The notes beneath the pieces are model-generated. The model was not told the DNA's origin. It did no database searches and saw only the letters and a list, made by a program, of their open reading frames with translations. DNA of 64,000 nucleotides from an uncultured Gammaproteobacteria bacterium (GTDB lineage Bacteria > Patescibacteriota > Microgenomatia > Levybacterales > GWA1-39-11), in NCBI GenBank assembly GCA_964641355.1, contig CAZXND010000001.1, positions 151,858-215,857 on the forward strand, written 5' to 3'. A program made the position numbers and the translations under genes. Positions 32,875 to 41,370 of the stretch are shown here, in pieces; within the stretch, counting starts at the first letter, position 1, and the number at the start of each line of letters is the position of its first letter.

Positions 32875-33353
32875 GAATGCATAACAATTTCCCCACCCGT
32901 CGGGAAACCTGAGGGAACAATAATAGGATTTAAACCCTTCGTTTTATAAAAAATATCGGCAATATTTTTAATCCCATCTAATAGTTCGAGTGATGAATCC
33001 ATATCGATTTTTTGTCTTACTGCTATCGACAATTTTACGGTATTTTCTAAAAGACTTGAAAGCTCAGGAAAATTCTTATAATGCTCGTCCTTAAAATAAT
33101 CGTTTTTAAGAGTCCCCAACTCACTCTCGATTATTCCTCCATGTTCTTCTTTTATTCGAGTGAGACGTGCAACGTTGTGACCTAATTTAACTCCATCCTC
33201 ACCTTTAACTTCAGATAAAAGCTTCGTCATTCTAATTACAGTATGAGCTGCCATTTGGGAGTACTGTACATCGTAAACCCCGCAAGGGATATCACAATGA
33301 GCATAAGCTACTTCAAAAGGAATTTTTAGCATAATCTTTTTAAGTAAATTCAT
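32871..33353 (-). CDS. sodN: Nickel-containing superoxide dismutase precursor (NiSOD)
   Basis: The leader peptide MNLLKKIMLKIPFEVAYA is followed by the Ni-hook HCDIPCGVYD (consensus HCDLPCGVYDP); 160 aa. Confidence 0.8.
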   Translation of the reverse strand: MNLLKKIMLKIPFEVAYAHCDIPCGVYDVQYSQMAAHTVIRMTKLLSEVKGEDGVKLGHNVARLTRIKEEHGGIIESELGTLKNDYFKDEHYKNFPELSSLLENTVKLSIAVRQKIDMDSSLELLDGIKNIADIFYKTKGLNPIIVPSGFPTGGEIVMHS

Positions 33354-33413
33354 AAAGATACATTATTAAAACTTATCAATAAAGTCAACAGTTAAAGGTA
33401 ATAAACTTGTAAG

Positions 33414-33959
33414 GTGTATAATTATAGAATGAAATTTGACTTTGAGATGATAAAAGAGAATATTAAATTTTGCCCAAGATGCAAAACAAATTTTAAAAAA
33501 ATAAAAGAAAACTTATTAGTATGTGGCTCTTGTTCTTTTAATTTTTACATTGATCCTCAACCAACAAATGCTGTGATCTTAATAAATAAAAAGGGTGAAA
33601 TATTGCTCGTTAAAAGGAAAACCGATCCAAAACGTGGTTGGTGGGATCTACCAGGTGGCTTCGTTGATCCCAACGAAACGATAGAACAATCGATGCATAG
33701 GGAAATTAAAGAAGAGCTTGGAATAGAAGTTAAGAATTTAGAATATTTCACCTCAACTTCAGATATTTATTTTTTTAATGATTTTTATAGACCCACTATT
33801 GCAGCGATTTTTATTGCAAAAGTTGACAATCAAAAAATAGAGCCATCTGATGACGCTGAAGAAGCAATTTTCTTCGCTCCCAAAAAAATTCCCTTTGAGA
33901 AAATTGCTTTTCCAAGTCTTGCTGAGGTGCTTAAAGAATTTATTTCTGCAAAGTATTAA
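33414..33959 (+). CDS. NUDIX hydrolase with N-terminal zinc ribbon
   Basis: CPRC...CGSC zinc ribbon, then the Nudix box GGFVDPNETIEQSMHREIKEELGIEV. Confidence 0.7.
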   Translation: MYNYRMKFDFEMIKENIKFCPRCKTNFKKIKENLLVCGSCSFNFYIDPQPTNAVILINKKGEILLVKRKTDPKRGWWDLPGGFVDPNETIEQSMHREIKEELGIEVKNLEYFTSTSDIYFFNDFYRPTIAAIFIAKVDNQKIEPSDDAEEAIFFAPKKIPFEKIAFPSLAEVLKEFISAKY

Positions 33960-35286
33960 ATTGCTCTAGAAAATTTTCAAAATCTTCTCCAAACTCATCT
34001 ATATTTTGTGCGGCAAATGTCAATGTCCACAACTTATCATTTTTAATAAAGATTATATAATCAAAATTATAATTACCAGAATACTCTCCTCCATCTTCTA
34101 TTGCAAAATCACCTTTAAACTCTTCTCCTTCAATCTCATCAATCTCAATATTGTTAATTTCTTGAATGTTGGCAGGGAAACCTAATAACTTTGTGCCTCT
34201 CAATCCCTCCTCTACCCATGCTTTATAAAAAGACAAAGATTGACCGTTTGTATTTTCTACTGTCACCGTAATTCCTGCTTTTATATTAGTGTCAGAAGGA
34301 AAAAATCTTTCTTGAAGTTGTCCGTTTTTTGAAGAAATATTCTGAAAAGTCCATCCATCTGGTATCGGCGCTTCAAAACCCAAACTTGAGATAAATTTAT
34401 CATCACATATAATATCGTTTTCAACACATGACTCTTCATTGTTTGGCTCAAAGGGAGTCTCGTCGATATCTTCGGTAATTTGTCCAATTAAAGCATCTTT
34501 AGGAATAAAGTTATTATGTCCGCAATCAATCAACGCTAGCTTATCATCTGGCCCGCAGACTCGTCCATCAGCAATTACTTCTCTGCCATCTCTCACATTT
34601 GTAATCCTTCCTTGATAAAAACCATTACTATCCACTTCTCTGGTTCCAGAAATCTCCCATTCTCCACCTATTAAAATCTTTGCCTGAGAAATATCTGCAG
34701 GCTTGTCTGCATTTCTAAACCCAATATGAAGATGTACTCCAGTAGAACTTTCTTGTGGGGTATGTGCACAGGATACATGTCCAAGCTTTTCTCCAATTTC
34801 TACATGCTCTCCCTTTTCTACCTGAATATTTGTTAAATGAGCCATCATTATTTGAGCATTGGGGTTTTTGTCCATCTTAATTTCTAATAAACTGTGAGTT
34901 GTACTATTTACATCGCTTCCTCCAACGAGAACTATTTCACCTTCAATTGGGGAAGTTATCCAGTCATCCTCATATCTTATTTCGTCTTGAGAATTTGGAT
35001 CACAGTGAGTGATTTCTCCTGGAGCAAAGTCTAAAGAACTCAAAATTGAGCCGCCAAAAAGTTCTGAATGTGGACCGTTAGTAAGTCGCCAATCGCCAGT
35101 TGTAAATGGGAATTCTAGATCTGTTACTTTCCTTTGATGAACAGAATTAGAATCACTTGAGTTAGAATTGCTTTCACTGTTACAAGAAAAGGCACCTGCA
35201 GCAATAATTGCAGCACTCATTGTTCTTGCAACAGAATTAAGTCTGCTTCTTATTCTTTCTGGCCGGTTGCCTCGCTCAGAAAACAT
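33940..35286 (-). CDS. Secreted M23-family (LytM-like) peptidoglycan endopeptidase with N-terminal extension domain
   Basis: The C-terminal half carries the HxxxD ... HLH M23 metal-binding pattern (AHLTNI..GHVSCAHTPQESSTGVHLHIGF). The N-terminal start is ambiguous. Confidence 0.65.
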   Translation of the reverse strand: MFSERGNRPERIRSRLNSVARTMSAAIIAAGAFSCNSESNSNSSDSNSVHQRKVTDLEFPFTTGDWRLTNGPHSELFGGSILSSLDFAPGEITHCDPNSQDEIRYEDDWITSPIEGEIVLVGGSDVNSTTHSLLEIKMDKNPNAQIMMAHLTNIQVEKGEHVEIGEKLGHVSCAHTPQESSTGVHLHIGFRNADKPADISQAKILIGGEWEISGTREVDSNGFYQGRITNVRDGREVIADGRVCGPDDKLALIDCGHNNFIPKDALIGQITEDIDETPFEPNNEESCVENDIICDDKFISSLGFEAPIPDGWTFQNISSKNGQLQERFFPSDTNIKAGITVTVENTNGQSLSFYKAWVEEGLRGTKLLGFPANIQEINNIEIDEIEGEEFKGDFAIEDGGEYSGNYNFDYIIFIKNDKLWTLTFAAQNIDEFGEDFENFLEQFNTLQK

Positions 35287-35368
35287 ATATTTCGATTGAC
35301 ACTGTCAAGATATACCTTTGGGATTACTTCGTCAAGAGGAATTTTTGCTTTCGAAATTACTGTTTAGG

Positions 35369-35377
35369 TGATATAAT
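35369..35377 (+). promoter_or_regulatory. Extended -10 (TGaTATAAT) promoter element for tRNA-Ser
   Basis: TGnTATAAT lies 9 nt upstream of the tRNA 5' end. Confidence 0.3.
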
Positions 35378-35386
35378 TTCGAAGCT

Positions 35387-35470
35387 GGAGGGTTGGCCGA
35401 GTGGTTTATGGCGCTGGTCTTGAAAACCAGTGAGTGAAAGCTCTCACAGGTTCGAATCCTGTACCCTCCG
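35387..35470 (+). tRNA. tRNA-Ser (anticodon UGA), type II with long variable arm
   Basis: Acceptor GGAGGGT/ACCCTCC, anticodon loop cTTGAaa and a long variable arm gtgagtgaaagctctcac. CCA is not encoded. Confidence 0.85.
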
Positions 35471-35548
35471 CAGAGTTCTGTTATAATTTAAGCCGCAATT
35501 CATTGGAGGAGTCGGATAAGCAAATAGCTTGTGCGGCTCTCAAACAAG

Positions 35549-35637
35549 GGAGGAGTCGCATAGTTGGTCCATTGCGAGGGTTTGCTAAACCCTTGAGTCT
35601 AAATGACTCGCGCAGGTTCGAATCCTGTCTCCTCCGC
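35549..35637 (+). tRNA. tRNA-Ser (anticodon GCU), type II with long variable arm
   Basis: Acceptor GGAGGAG/CTCCTCC, anticodon loop tTGCTAa and a long variable arm. ORF 35434..35688 is a spurious overlap. Confidence 0.85.
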
Positions 35638-35729
35638 CCACAATCCCTTCTAGAAATTATTACTTTTTTGTTACCGATTTGTGGCTAAATTTAATTGCTA
35701 TATAAAGAGTCCTATGATAAACTTTTACT

Positions 35730-36038
35730 ATGGAAAACGAAGGTGCAAAAGCTACCGGTAGTTCTGTGTCGCTTAGTATTCATGATGAAGTAGTAAATTC
35801 AGGTGTTAATCTTATCCATCCAGATCGGGAATTAATCTCTTCTATAAATGGGACTCCAATGGAGACCAGAGGAGAAATAATCGAACATCCAACCCAACCC
35901 TCTAATATCATCGACTTCACCAATGCCAAAGAGGCCATGAACACTCAAGAAGGAGAAACGAAGCGATCAACAAATAGATGGAAGCGATTATGGTTTTTTA
36001 GAGAAAAAGAACAAAAGGAGAAAAAAGATGCAGCTTGA
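35730..36038 (+). CDS. Hypothetical small soluble protein, translationally coupled to the following ATPase
   Basis: 102 aa with no motifs; it overlaps the downstream gene by 11 nt. Confidence 0.35.
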   Translation: MENEGAKATGSSVSLSIHDEVVNSGVNLIHPDRELISSINGTPMETRGEIIEHPTQPSNIIDFTNAKEAMNTQEGETKRSTNRWKRLWFFREKEQKEKKDAA

Positions 36039-38457
36039 AATTTTCTCAATCGACACTATCGTAACAATTCTTTTTTCTTTGGTTCTTTCTATCGTTTTGG
36101 TATCAGCTTTAATCGCTTCTCTTGTTGGAATTTTCTATGCATGGGGTCTTTGGAGAAAATCTGAATTACGACACAAAAAATCTTTAGACTCGTCTCTTCT
36201 TGAAATAGCACTTCCACGCGATAACGAAATAAAAATAGATGCAGCAGAACAACTTTTTTCAAGCTTTGCAGCAATGAAAAGCGTTAAAGGAATTCTTGCA
36301 TTTTCAAAAGTTCCCGACAGTATTTCTTTTGAAATCGTTGCACGCCCACAAGATATTAGATTTTATGTAGGAGTTCCAAAAAATCTTCGTGACATGGTTG
36401 AAAAACAAATTCATGGATCATATCCCGACGCACAGATAAAAGAAGTTGAAGACTATAATCTTTTTTCAGATAGTGGCGAGGTCGCCTACGCAAGCTTGGG
36501 CACAAAAGCCTCCTCTTACATTCCTATAAAAACGTTCAAAGACATACCTATTGATCCGCTTTCACAAATAACGAGTGTCATGGGAAAAATGCAGGAAGGT
36601 GAAGCCGCTGCGATTCAAATAATGATCACTCCCGGAGGAGATAAGTGGAAGAAATCAGGACGAACATACATCTCAGGTGTTAAAAAAAGAGAAGCAAATC
36701 CTGAAACAGCAAAATATTCAGTCGATCAAAGAGAGCTTGAGTCAATTGAACAAAAATTACCAAAACCTGGATTTTCCACATATATAAGACTAGTAGTTGT
36801 ATCCTCTACAAAAGAGTCTGCCGAAGCACATCTTTCAAACCTGGTCAGCTCCTTCACTCAATTTTCTTCTTACAACTCATTTGTAAAAAAGAAAATAACG
36901 TTTTTTAAGGACTCATTTATGGTTGACTTTATTTATCGATACTTACCACTCAGGGATAAAGGATCAATTCTAAACTCAGAAGAATTAGCAACCATATTCC
37001 ATTTCCCAAATAAAAGCATAGATAATCCACATATTAATTGGCTATCTGCACGAGTTGCACCAGCACCTGCAACAATTCCAACTTCAGGACTTTATCTTGG
37101 AAAGAGCATTTTTAGAGGAGTTGAAAAACCAATTTATGTTGGAGAGGATGACAGGAGACGTCATATGTATATTATTGGAAAAACCGGTACAGGAAAATCA
37201 GAACTTCTTAAAAGCATGATCTTACAGGATATAAAGGCTGGTAAAGGGGTCTGTTTCATAGATCCACATGATACAATTGAACAAATTCTCCCCCTTATTC
37301 CACCCGAGCGAGCAGAAGATGTAATTCTATTTGATCCCTCAGATACAGATAGACCAATGGGTTTAAATATGCTTGAAGCAAATACTGAAGAACAAAAACA
37401 TTTTATGGTTTCATCGATTATTGGTCTTATGTATAAGCTTTATGACCCACACCAAACAGGAATTATTGGTCCAAGATTTGAACATGCAGTCCGAAACGCA
37501 ATGCTTACAGTAATGAGCGAAGAAGGAAACACTTTCGTTGAAGTTGTTAGAGCCCTAACCGACTCCGCTTTTGTACAAGAACTTTTACCCAAAGTCGATG
37601 ACCCGATCATAAGAAGATATTGGACAGATCAAATTGCTCAAACTTCTGATTTTCACAAGTCTGAAGTACTAGACTATATAGTTTCTAAATTCGGACGATT
37701 TGTTACCAACAAAATGATGAGAAATATAATAGGACAAAGCAAAAGCGCTTTTAACTTTCGTGAAATAATGGACTCAAGAAAAATTCTTCTCATTTCTCTT
37801 GCAAAAGGAAAAATTGGTGAGGAAAATTCTAGCTTTTTAGGACTTATTCTCGTCCCAAGAATTTTAATTGCCGCTATGTCCCGACAAGACATTCCCATGG
37901 AAAGGCGACAAGACTTCTATCTTTACGTTGATGAGTTTCAGAACTTTGCTACTCCGGACTTTGCCCAAATATTATCTGAGGCAAGAAAATATAGACTGAA
38001 TTTGATTGTTGCCAATCAATTTATCGGACAGATGGAGGAAGAGGTTAAAAACGCTGTTTTTGGAAATGCAGGAACAATCATGTCTTTTAGAGTCGGTGTA
38101 ACAGATGCAAACTACCTTCAACATGAATTCCAACCAACATTTTCCGAAGCGGATCTAATAAATGTTGAACGATTCCACGCTTATATGAAAACAATTGTAA
38201 GTGGAGAACCAGTACCTCCGTTTTCAATTGACTTAACTAGAAATATCGTTGAAGAGAAAAAACTTGAAAACCCAAGAGTTGCAGAACTTGTTAAAGAACT
38301 TTCAAGACTTAAATATGGAAAACCTAAAGAACAAATAGAGAATGAGATAGCAAAAAGATCTAGACTTTTTGAAGTCGAAGAAGATTATTCAAAAGACTTA
38401 CCTGAATTGGGACGCGGACCAGAGGGTGGATTTGGTGGAACAGGTGGTAGTATCTAA
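36028..38457 (+). CDS. Membrane-anchored FtsK/HerA-superfamily ATPase, VirD4/TraD/TraG-type coupling-protein-like
   Basis: 809 aa. N-terminal TM, Walker A HMYIIGKTGTGKSE (TrwB-like GxTGTGKS), Walker B LYVDEFQNF, and a downstream RKYRLNLIVANQFIGQM block resembling the conserved T4CP ...ILQ..QL motif. Gly-rich C-terminal tail. Confidence 0.5.
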   Translation: MQLEIFSIDTIVTILFSLVLSIVLVSALIASLVGIFYAWGLWRKSELRHKKSLDSSLLEIALPRDNEIKIDAAEQLFSSFAAMKSVKGILAFSKVPDSISFEIVARPQDIRFYVGVPKNLRDMVEKQIHGSYPDAQIKEVEDYNLFSDSGEVAYASLGTKASSYIPIKTFKDIPIDPLSQITSVMGKMQEGEAAAIQIMITPGGDKWKKSGRTYISGVKKREANPETAKYSVDQRELESIEQKLPKPGFSTYIRLVVVSSTKESAEAHLSNLVSSFTQFSSYNSFVKKKITFFKDSFMVDFIYRYLPLRDKGSILNSEELATIFHFPNKSIDNPHINWLSARVAPAPATIPTSGLYLGKSIFRGVEKPIYVGEDDRRRHMYIIGKTGTGKSELLKSMILQDIKAGKGVCFIDPHDTIEQILPLIPPERAEDVILFDPSDTDRPMGLNMLEANTEEQKHFMVSSIIGLMYKLYDPHQTGIIGPRFEHAVRNAMLTVMSEEGNTFVEVVRALTDSAFVQELLPKVDDPIIRRYWTDQIAQTSDFHKSEVLDYIVSKFGRFVTNKMMRNIIGQSKSAFNFREIMDSRKILLISLAKGKIGEENSSFLGLILVPRILIAAMSRQDIPMERRQDFYLYVDEFQNFATPDFAQILSEARKYRLNLIVANQFIGQMEEEVKNAVFGNAGTIMSFRVGVTDANYLQHEFQPTFSEADLINVERFHAYMKTIVSGEPVPPFSIDLTRNIVEEKKLENPRVAELVKELSRLKYGKPKEQIENEIAKRSRLFEVEEDYSKDLPELGRGPEGGFGGTGGSI

Positions 38458-38513
38458 GTAGACTTAACCTGCTCATTTAGATATAATTACAAATCTCAAA
38501 ACTAGAGTACCAA

Positions 38514-38536
38514 CTCAGTGGCGGAGCGCTACTCTT
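38514..38536 (+). other. Partial duplicate (5' half: D-arm to anticodon loop) of the downstream tRNA gene
   Basis: ctcagtggcGgagcgctactctt is 22/23 identical to nt 38582..38604 of the tRNA 36 nt downstream. The identity breaks exactly inside the anticodon loop. Confidence 0.5.
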
Positions 38537-38571
38537 TGATGATTTAATGTTTGGGAACAAATGAGAAATGC

Positions 38572-38643
38572 GCGCCTGTAGCTCAGTGGCAGAGCGCTAC
38601 TCTTATAAAGTAGATGTCCTTGGTTCGAATCCAAGCAGGCGCA
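38572..38643 (+). tRNA. tRNA with anticodon UAU (tRNA-Ile, AUA-decoding) - unusual anticodon
   Basis: Cloverleaf: acceptor GCGCCTG/CAGGCGC, D-arm GCTC-AGTGGCA-GAGC, anticodon stem CTACT/AGTAG with loop CTTATAA, T-arm CTTGG-TTCGAAT-CCAAG, discriminator A. 72 nt. CCA is not encoded. Confidence 0.75.
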
Positions 38644-38693
38644 CAACCCAAAAAATTGTCCGTCGAATCCAAGCAGATTATATAGAAACTGCC

Positions 38694-40403
38694 ATGAAGA
38701 AATTTTTTTTAAATTCTTTTATTTTTTTAAATCTTTTTTTTATAATATTCTCTGTCTCCTTAATTATTACTTCTCAAAAAACCAACGTAGTTTTAGCAGC
38801 AGATGACAAGTGCAATAATACAAAAGCTCTTGGTCTTGATGAAATTAGTACTTGCCTTGATCAACTCGCAAAAGAAAAAGAACAATCTGAAAAAGCAACC
38901 AGGCCAATCGAAGATCAACTTGATGGAATTAAAAACAGAGTTATTTTTATCGAAAAAGATCTAGTAGTTAAGGGAAAAAACATCAAAAATGGATACGAAG
39001 CTCTTGAAAAGAGAAAAGACATATTAAATAGATCCATTAGAAGATTGTACATAAATACTTCCCACGACTCACCTTTTGCGATTTTTTTGTCACTTAAATC
39101 GGCTTTTAACATAACTCAAGCGCTAGCATACGATCGTGCACAAACAAATCAAGATAAACAAATAATTACCACCATTGTTATTTCACTTAGTGATCTTGAA
39201 GAAAAGAAAAAAAATCTTGAAACAGAACAGAAAGAACTCGTTCTAGTTAAAGAAAAACTAGATAAAGTAGTCAGCGAAGCAAAAGCATATCAAGCTACTC
39301 TTTCTACTAAAATCGCACAACTTTCTGCTCAACAACAACAATTAATTGCTCAAAGACTTGGAAGTCTTAATATTCCAAGGTCGGCCGGAACTTCTGCCAG
39401 AGGATGTAGCGATGACAGAGATGTCAACCCGGGATTTTCTCCCAGAACTGCTTTCTTTACATACGGAGCACCCCACAGAAATGGTCTTAATCAATATGGT
39501 GCTTGGGGGAGAGCAAAAGCAGGACAAAATGAGGAAACGATTCTTAGTGAGTATTACCCTGGAAAAACTTTAAAAAAGGATTACGATCAAAACATTCACA
39601 TATCCACAACTACGGGATGGGGTGGAACAATTGAAGAGTACGTTAAAAGGATTTATGAAGTTCCTGATTCCTGGACTGATAATAACCTTGCCACTCTTAA
39701 AGCTCAGGCTGTTGCAGCAAGAACCTATGCTCTCAACGTCACAGATAATGGTTCCAAATCAATATGTACCAGTGAACAGTGTCAGGTTTTTAAACCAGAC
39801 CCTAAAGGAGGAAATTGGGAACAAGCAGTTAATGCAACGGCAGGATGGGTACTTATGGATGGAGGGAGCCCAGCTTTCACACAGTATGCATCGACGCATG
39901 GAGGGTATATACAGAATTTAGGGAAATTTGATGGATCAGGTGGAAATCCAGGCAGTTTTTCAGAACTTAATTCTAGAGCATATGATAAAGAATCTCCTTG
40001 GTTTTACTGTGACTGGGGTGCAAGAAGTCAGTATAACAATACGGCCTGGCTAAAACCGGATGAGGTAGCTGATATAGTAAATGTCATATTACTTGCACGC
40101 GCCGATTCAGGAACTGGAGATCATTTATATCAAACGGATAAGCCTCATCCTTATGGAGGAGAGGTTTGGAGCCCAGATAAAGTCAAATCAGAATTGAAAT
40201 CACGTGGAGTAACTCCTTATAATAATGTTTCATCTATATCAATTAGTGCCGATTTTAGCTCAGGAAAAACGAATTCAGTAAACATCTCAGGAGACAAAGG
40301 ATCAACATCTATTGATGGGAATGAGTTTAAAAATTGGTTCAATCTTCGAGCTCCTGCAAATATTCAAATAGTTGGTCCGTTGTATAATGTTGAAACAAAA
40401 TAA
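38694..40403 (+). CDS. Secreted SpoIID/LytB-domain protein with N-terminal coiled-coil region
   Basis: Signal/TM segment, a long coiled coil, then a SpoIID/LytB-like block (LKAQAVAARTYALN...CTSEQCQVFKP...AGWVLMDGG). The track ORF start at 38568 runs through the tRNA and was rejected in favour of ATG 38694. Confidence 0.6.
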   Translation: MKKFFLNSFIFLNLFFIIFSVSLIITSQKTNVVLAADDKCNNTKALGLDEISTCLDQLAKEKEQSEKATRPIEDQLDGIKNRVIFIEKDLVVKGKNIKNGYEALEKRKDILNRSIRRLYINTSHDSPFAIFLSLKSAFNITQALAYDRAQTNQDKQIITTIVISLSDLEEKKKNLETEQKELVLVKEKLDKVVSEAKAYQATLSTKIAQLSAQQQQLIAQRLGSLNIPRSAGTSARGCSDDRDVNPGFSPRTAFFTYGAPHRNGLNQYGAWGRAKAGQNEETILSEYYPGKTLKKDYDQNIHISTTTGWGGTIEEYVKRIYEVPDSWTDNNLATLKAQAVAARTYALNVTDNGSKSICTSEQCQVFKPDPKGGNWEQAVNATAGWVLMDGGSPAFTQYASTHGGYIQNLGKFDGSGGNPGSFSELNSRAYDKESPWFYCDWGARSQYNNTAWLKPDEVADIVNVILLARADSGTGDHLYQTDKPHPYGGEVWSPDKVKSELKSRGVTPYNNVSSISISADFSSGKTNSVNISGDKGSTSIDGNEFKNWFNLRAPANIQIVGPLYNVETK

Positions 40404-40404
40404 T

Positions 40405-41106
40405 ATGAAACTTCAAGGAGAATTTGTATTAAAAAAAAATGATGGCTCAAAAATAGAAGAACCTATTTCTGCCATTCCTCAACTAGAATTACCTGTACAC
40501 GAAGTTGAAAAACCACTTCCGAAGAAACGGTCAAGACCAAGTTTTCTCTCAACATATGTTGAGCGCCCAGAAGGAGTAAGCTTCGAAATACAAGAAGAGA
40601 ATGAAGAAATCATAGTATTTATAAGACGTGACTTCATAACAAACTTTCCCTGGTTAATAACTTCTATTTCTCTTACATTCTTACCGGTTTTGTTATATCC
40701 ATTTCTTCCAAACTTGCTTTCTATTGTCTCCTTATCTCAAGCTTATCAAAATTTTATCTTTCTATTTTATTACCTTGCTCTATTTGGATACATACTTCTC
40801 AACTTTTCTCTTTGGTATTTTCACGTATCACTTGTAACCAGTGAAAGAATCATTGATATAGATATCCACGGAATAGTTCTTCGCGATGTAGCAGAAGTCA
40901 GACTCGAACAAGTACAGGATGTTAGCTATTCTCAAAATGGATTTTTAAGGTCTCTTTTCGACTATGGAGATGTTGTTATTCAAACAGCGGGAACCGAAGC
41001 AAATGTCGAATTTGACAAGGCCCCAAGACCTGCACGAATTGTACAAATAATTAGCGGTCTCTTAGAGAGAACTGAGGAAAAGGAGGAAAGAGATGGACAC
41101 ACTTAG
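40405..41106 (+). CDS. Membrane protein with bacterial PH-like (bPH_2/YdbS-like) domain
   Basis: Two TM helices followed by a PH-like soluble domain of about 80 aa (...SERIIDIDIHGIVLRDVAEVRLEQVQDVSYSQ...). The start is placed at ATG 40405, immediately after the upstream stop. Confidence 0.4.
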   Translation: MKLQGEFVLKKNDGSKIEEPISAIPQLELPVHEVEKPLPKKRSRPSFLSTYVERPEGVSFEIQEENEEIIVFIRRDFITNFPWLITSISLTFLPVLLYPFLPNLLSIVSLSQAYQNFIFLFYYLALFGYILLNFSLWYFHVSLVTSERIIDIDIHGIVLRDVAEVRLEQVQDVSYSQNGFLRSLFDYGDVVIQTAGTEANVEFDKAPRPARIVQIISGLLERTEEKEERDGHT

Positions 41107-41338
41107 CATAATAAATTCGTTTATCGCTTTCATTACAACTCCTAATCTAATTTTTAGACTTCTATTTATAGTTCTTGTAGCAGTCTATTCCATATATTCA
41201 ATAAGTCTTCTTCTTCAAGTTAGAATACTCAACAGAGTCATAAATCTTATTTCATTTTCACCTATCTTTACTTTTCTTGCTCTTCTTCATTTCTTAATGA
41301 CACTAGGACTTCTCCTATATGCTATATTTGCGCTCTAG
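41093..41338 (+). CDS. Hypothetical small 2-TM membrane protein
   Basis: 81 aa and hydrophobic; it overlaps the upstream gene by 14 nt. Confidence 0.3.
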   Translation: MDTLSIINSFIAFITTPNLIFRLLFIVLVAVYSIYSISLLLQVRILNRVINLISFSPIFTFLALLHFLMTLGLLLYAIFAL

Positions 41339-41370
41339 TTAGTAATTCAGAAAAGCTGTAAAATAAAACA

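Noticed and set aside
35434-35688. 84-aa ORF in the track spanning the two tRNA-Ser genes
   Set aside because: It is entirely overlapped by two well-folded tRNA genes. No RBS. Translation artefact.
35287-38643. tRNA-flanked segment (tRNA-Ser x2 ... tRNA fragment ... tRNA-UAU) as an integrated mobile element
   Set aside because: No integrase/recombinase, no transposase and no clear attL/attR direct repeats at both ends. Only one partial tRNA copy is present. It is kept as a finding of possible historical insertion, not called as a mobile_element feature.
38568-38693. N-terminal extension of the 611-aa ORF (MRACSSVAERYSYKVDVLGSNPSRR...)
   Set aside because: This portion is the tRNA(UAU) gene read as protein. 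The real start of the SpoIID-like gene was set at ATG 38694, which is followed by a signal/TM segment.
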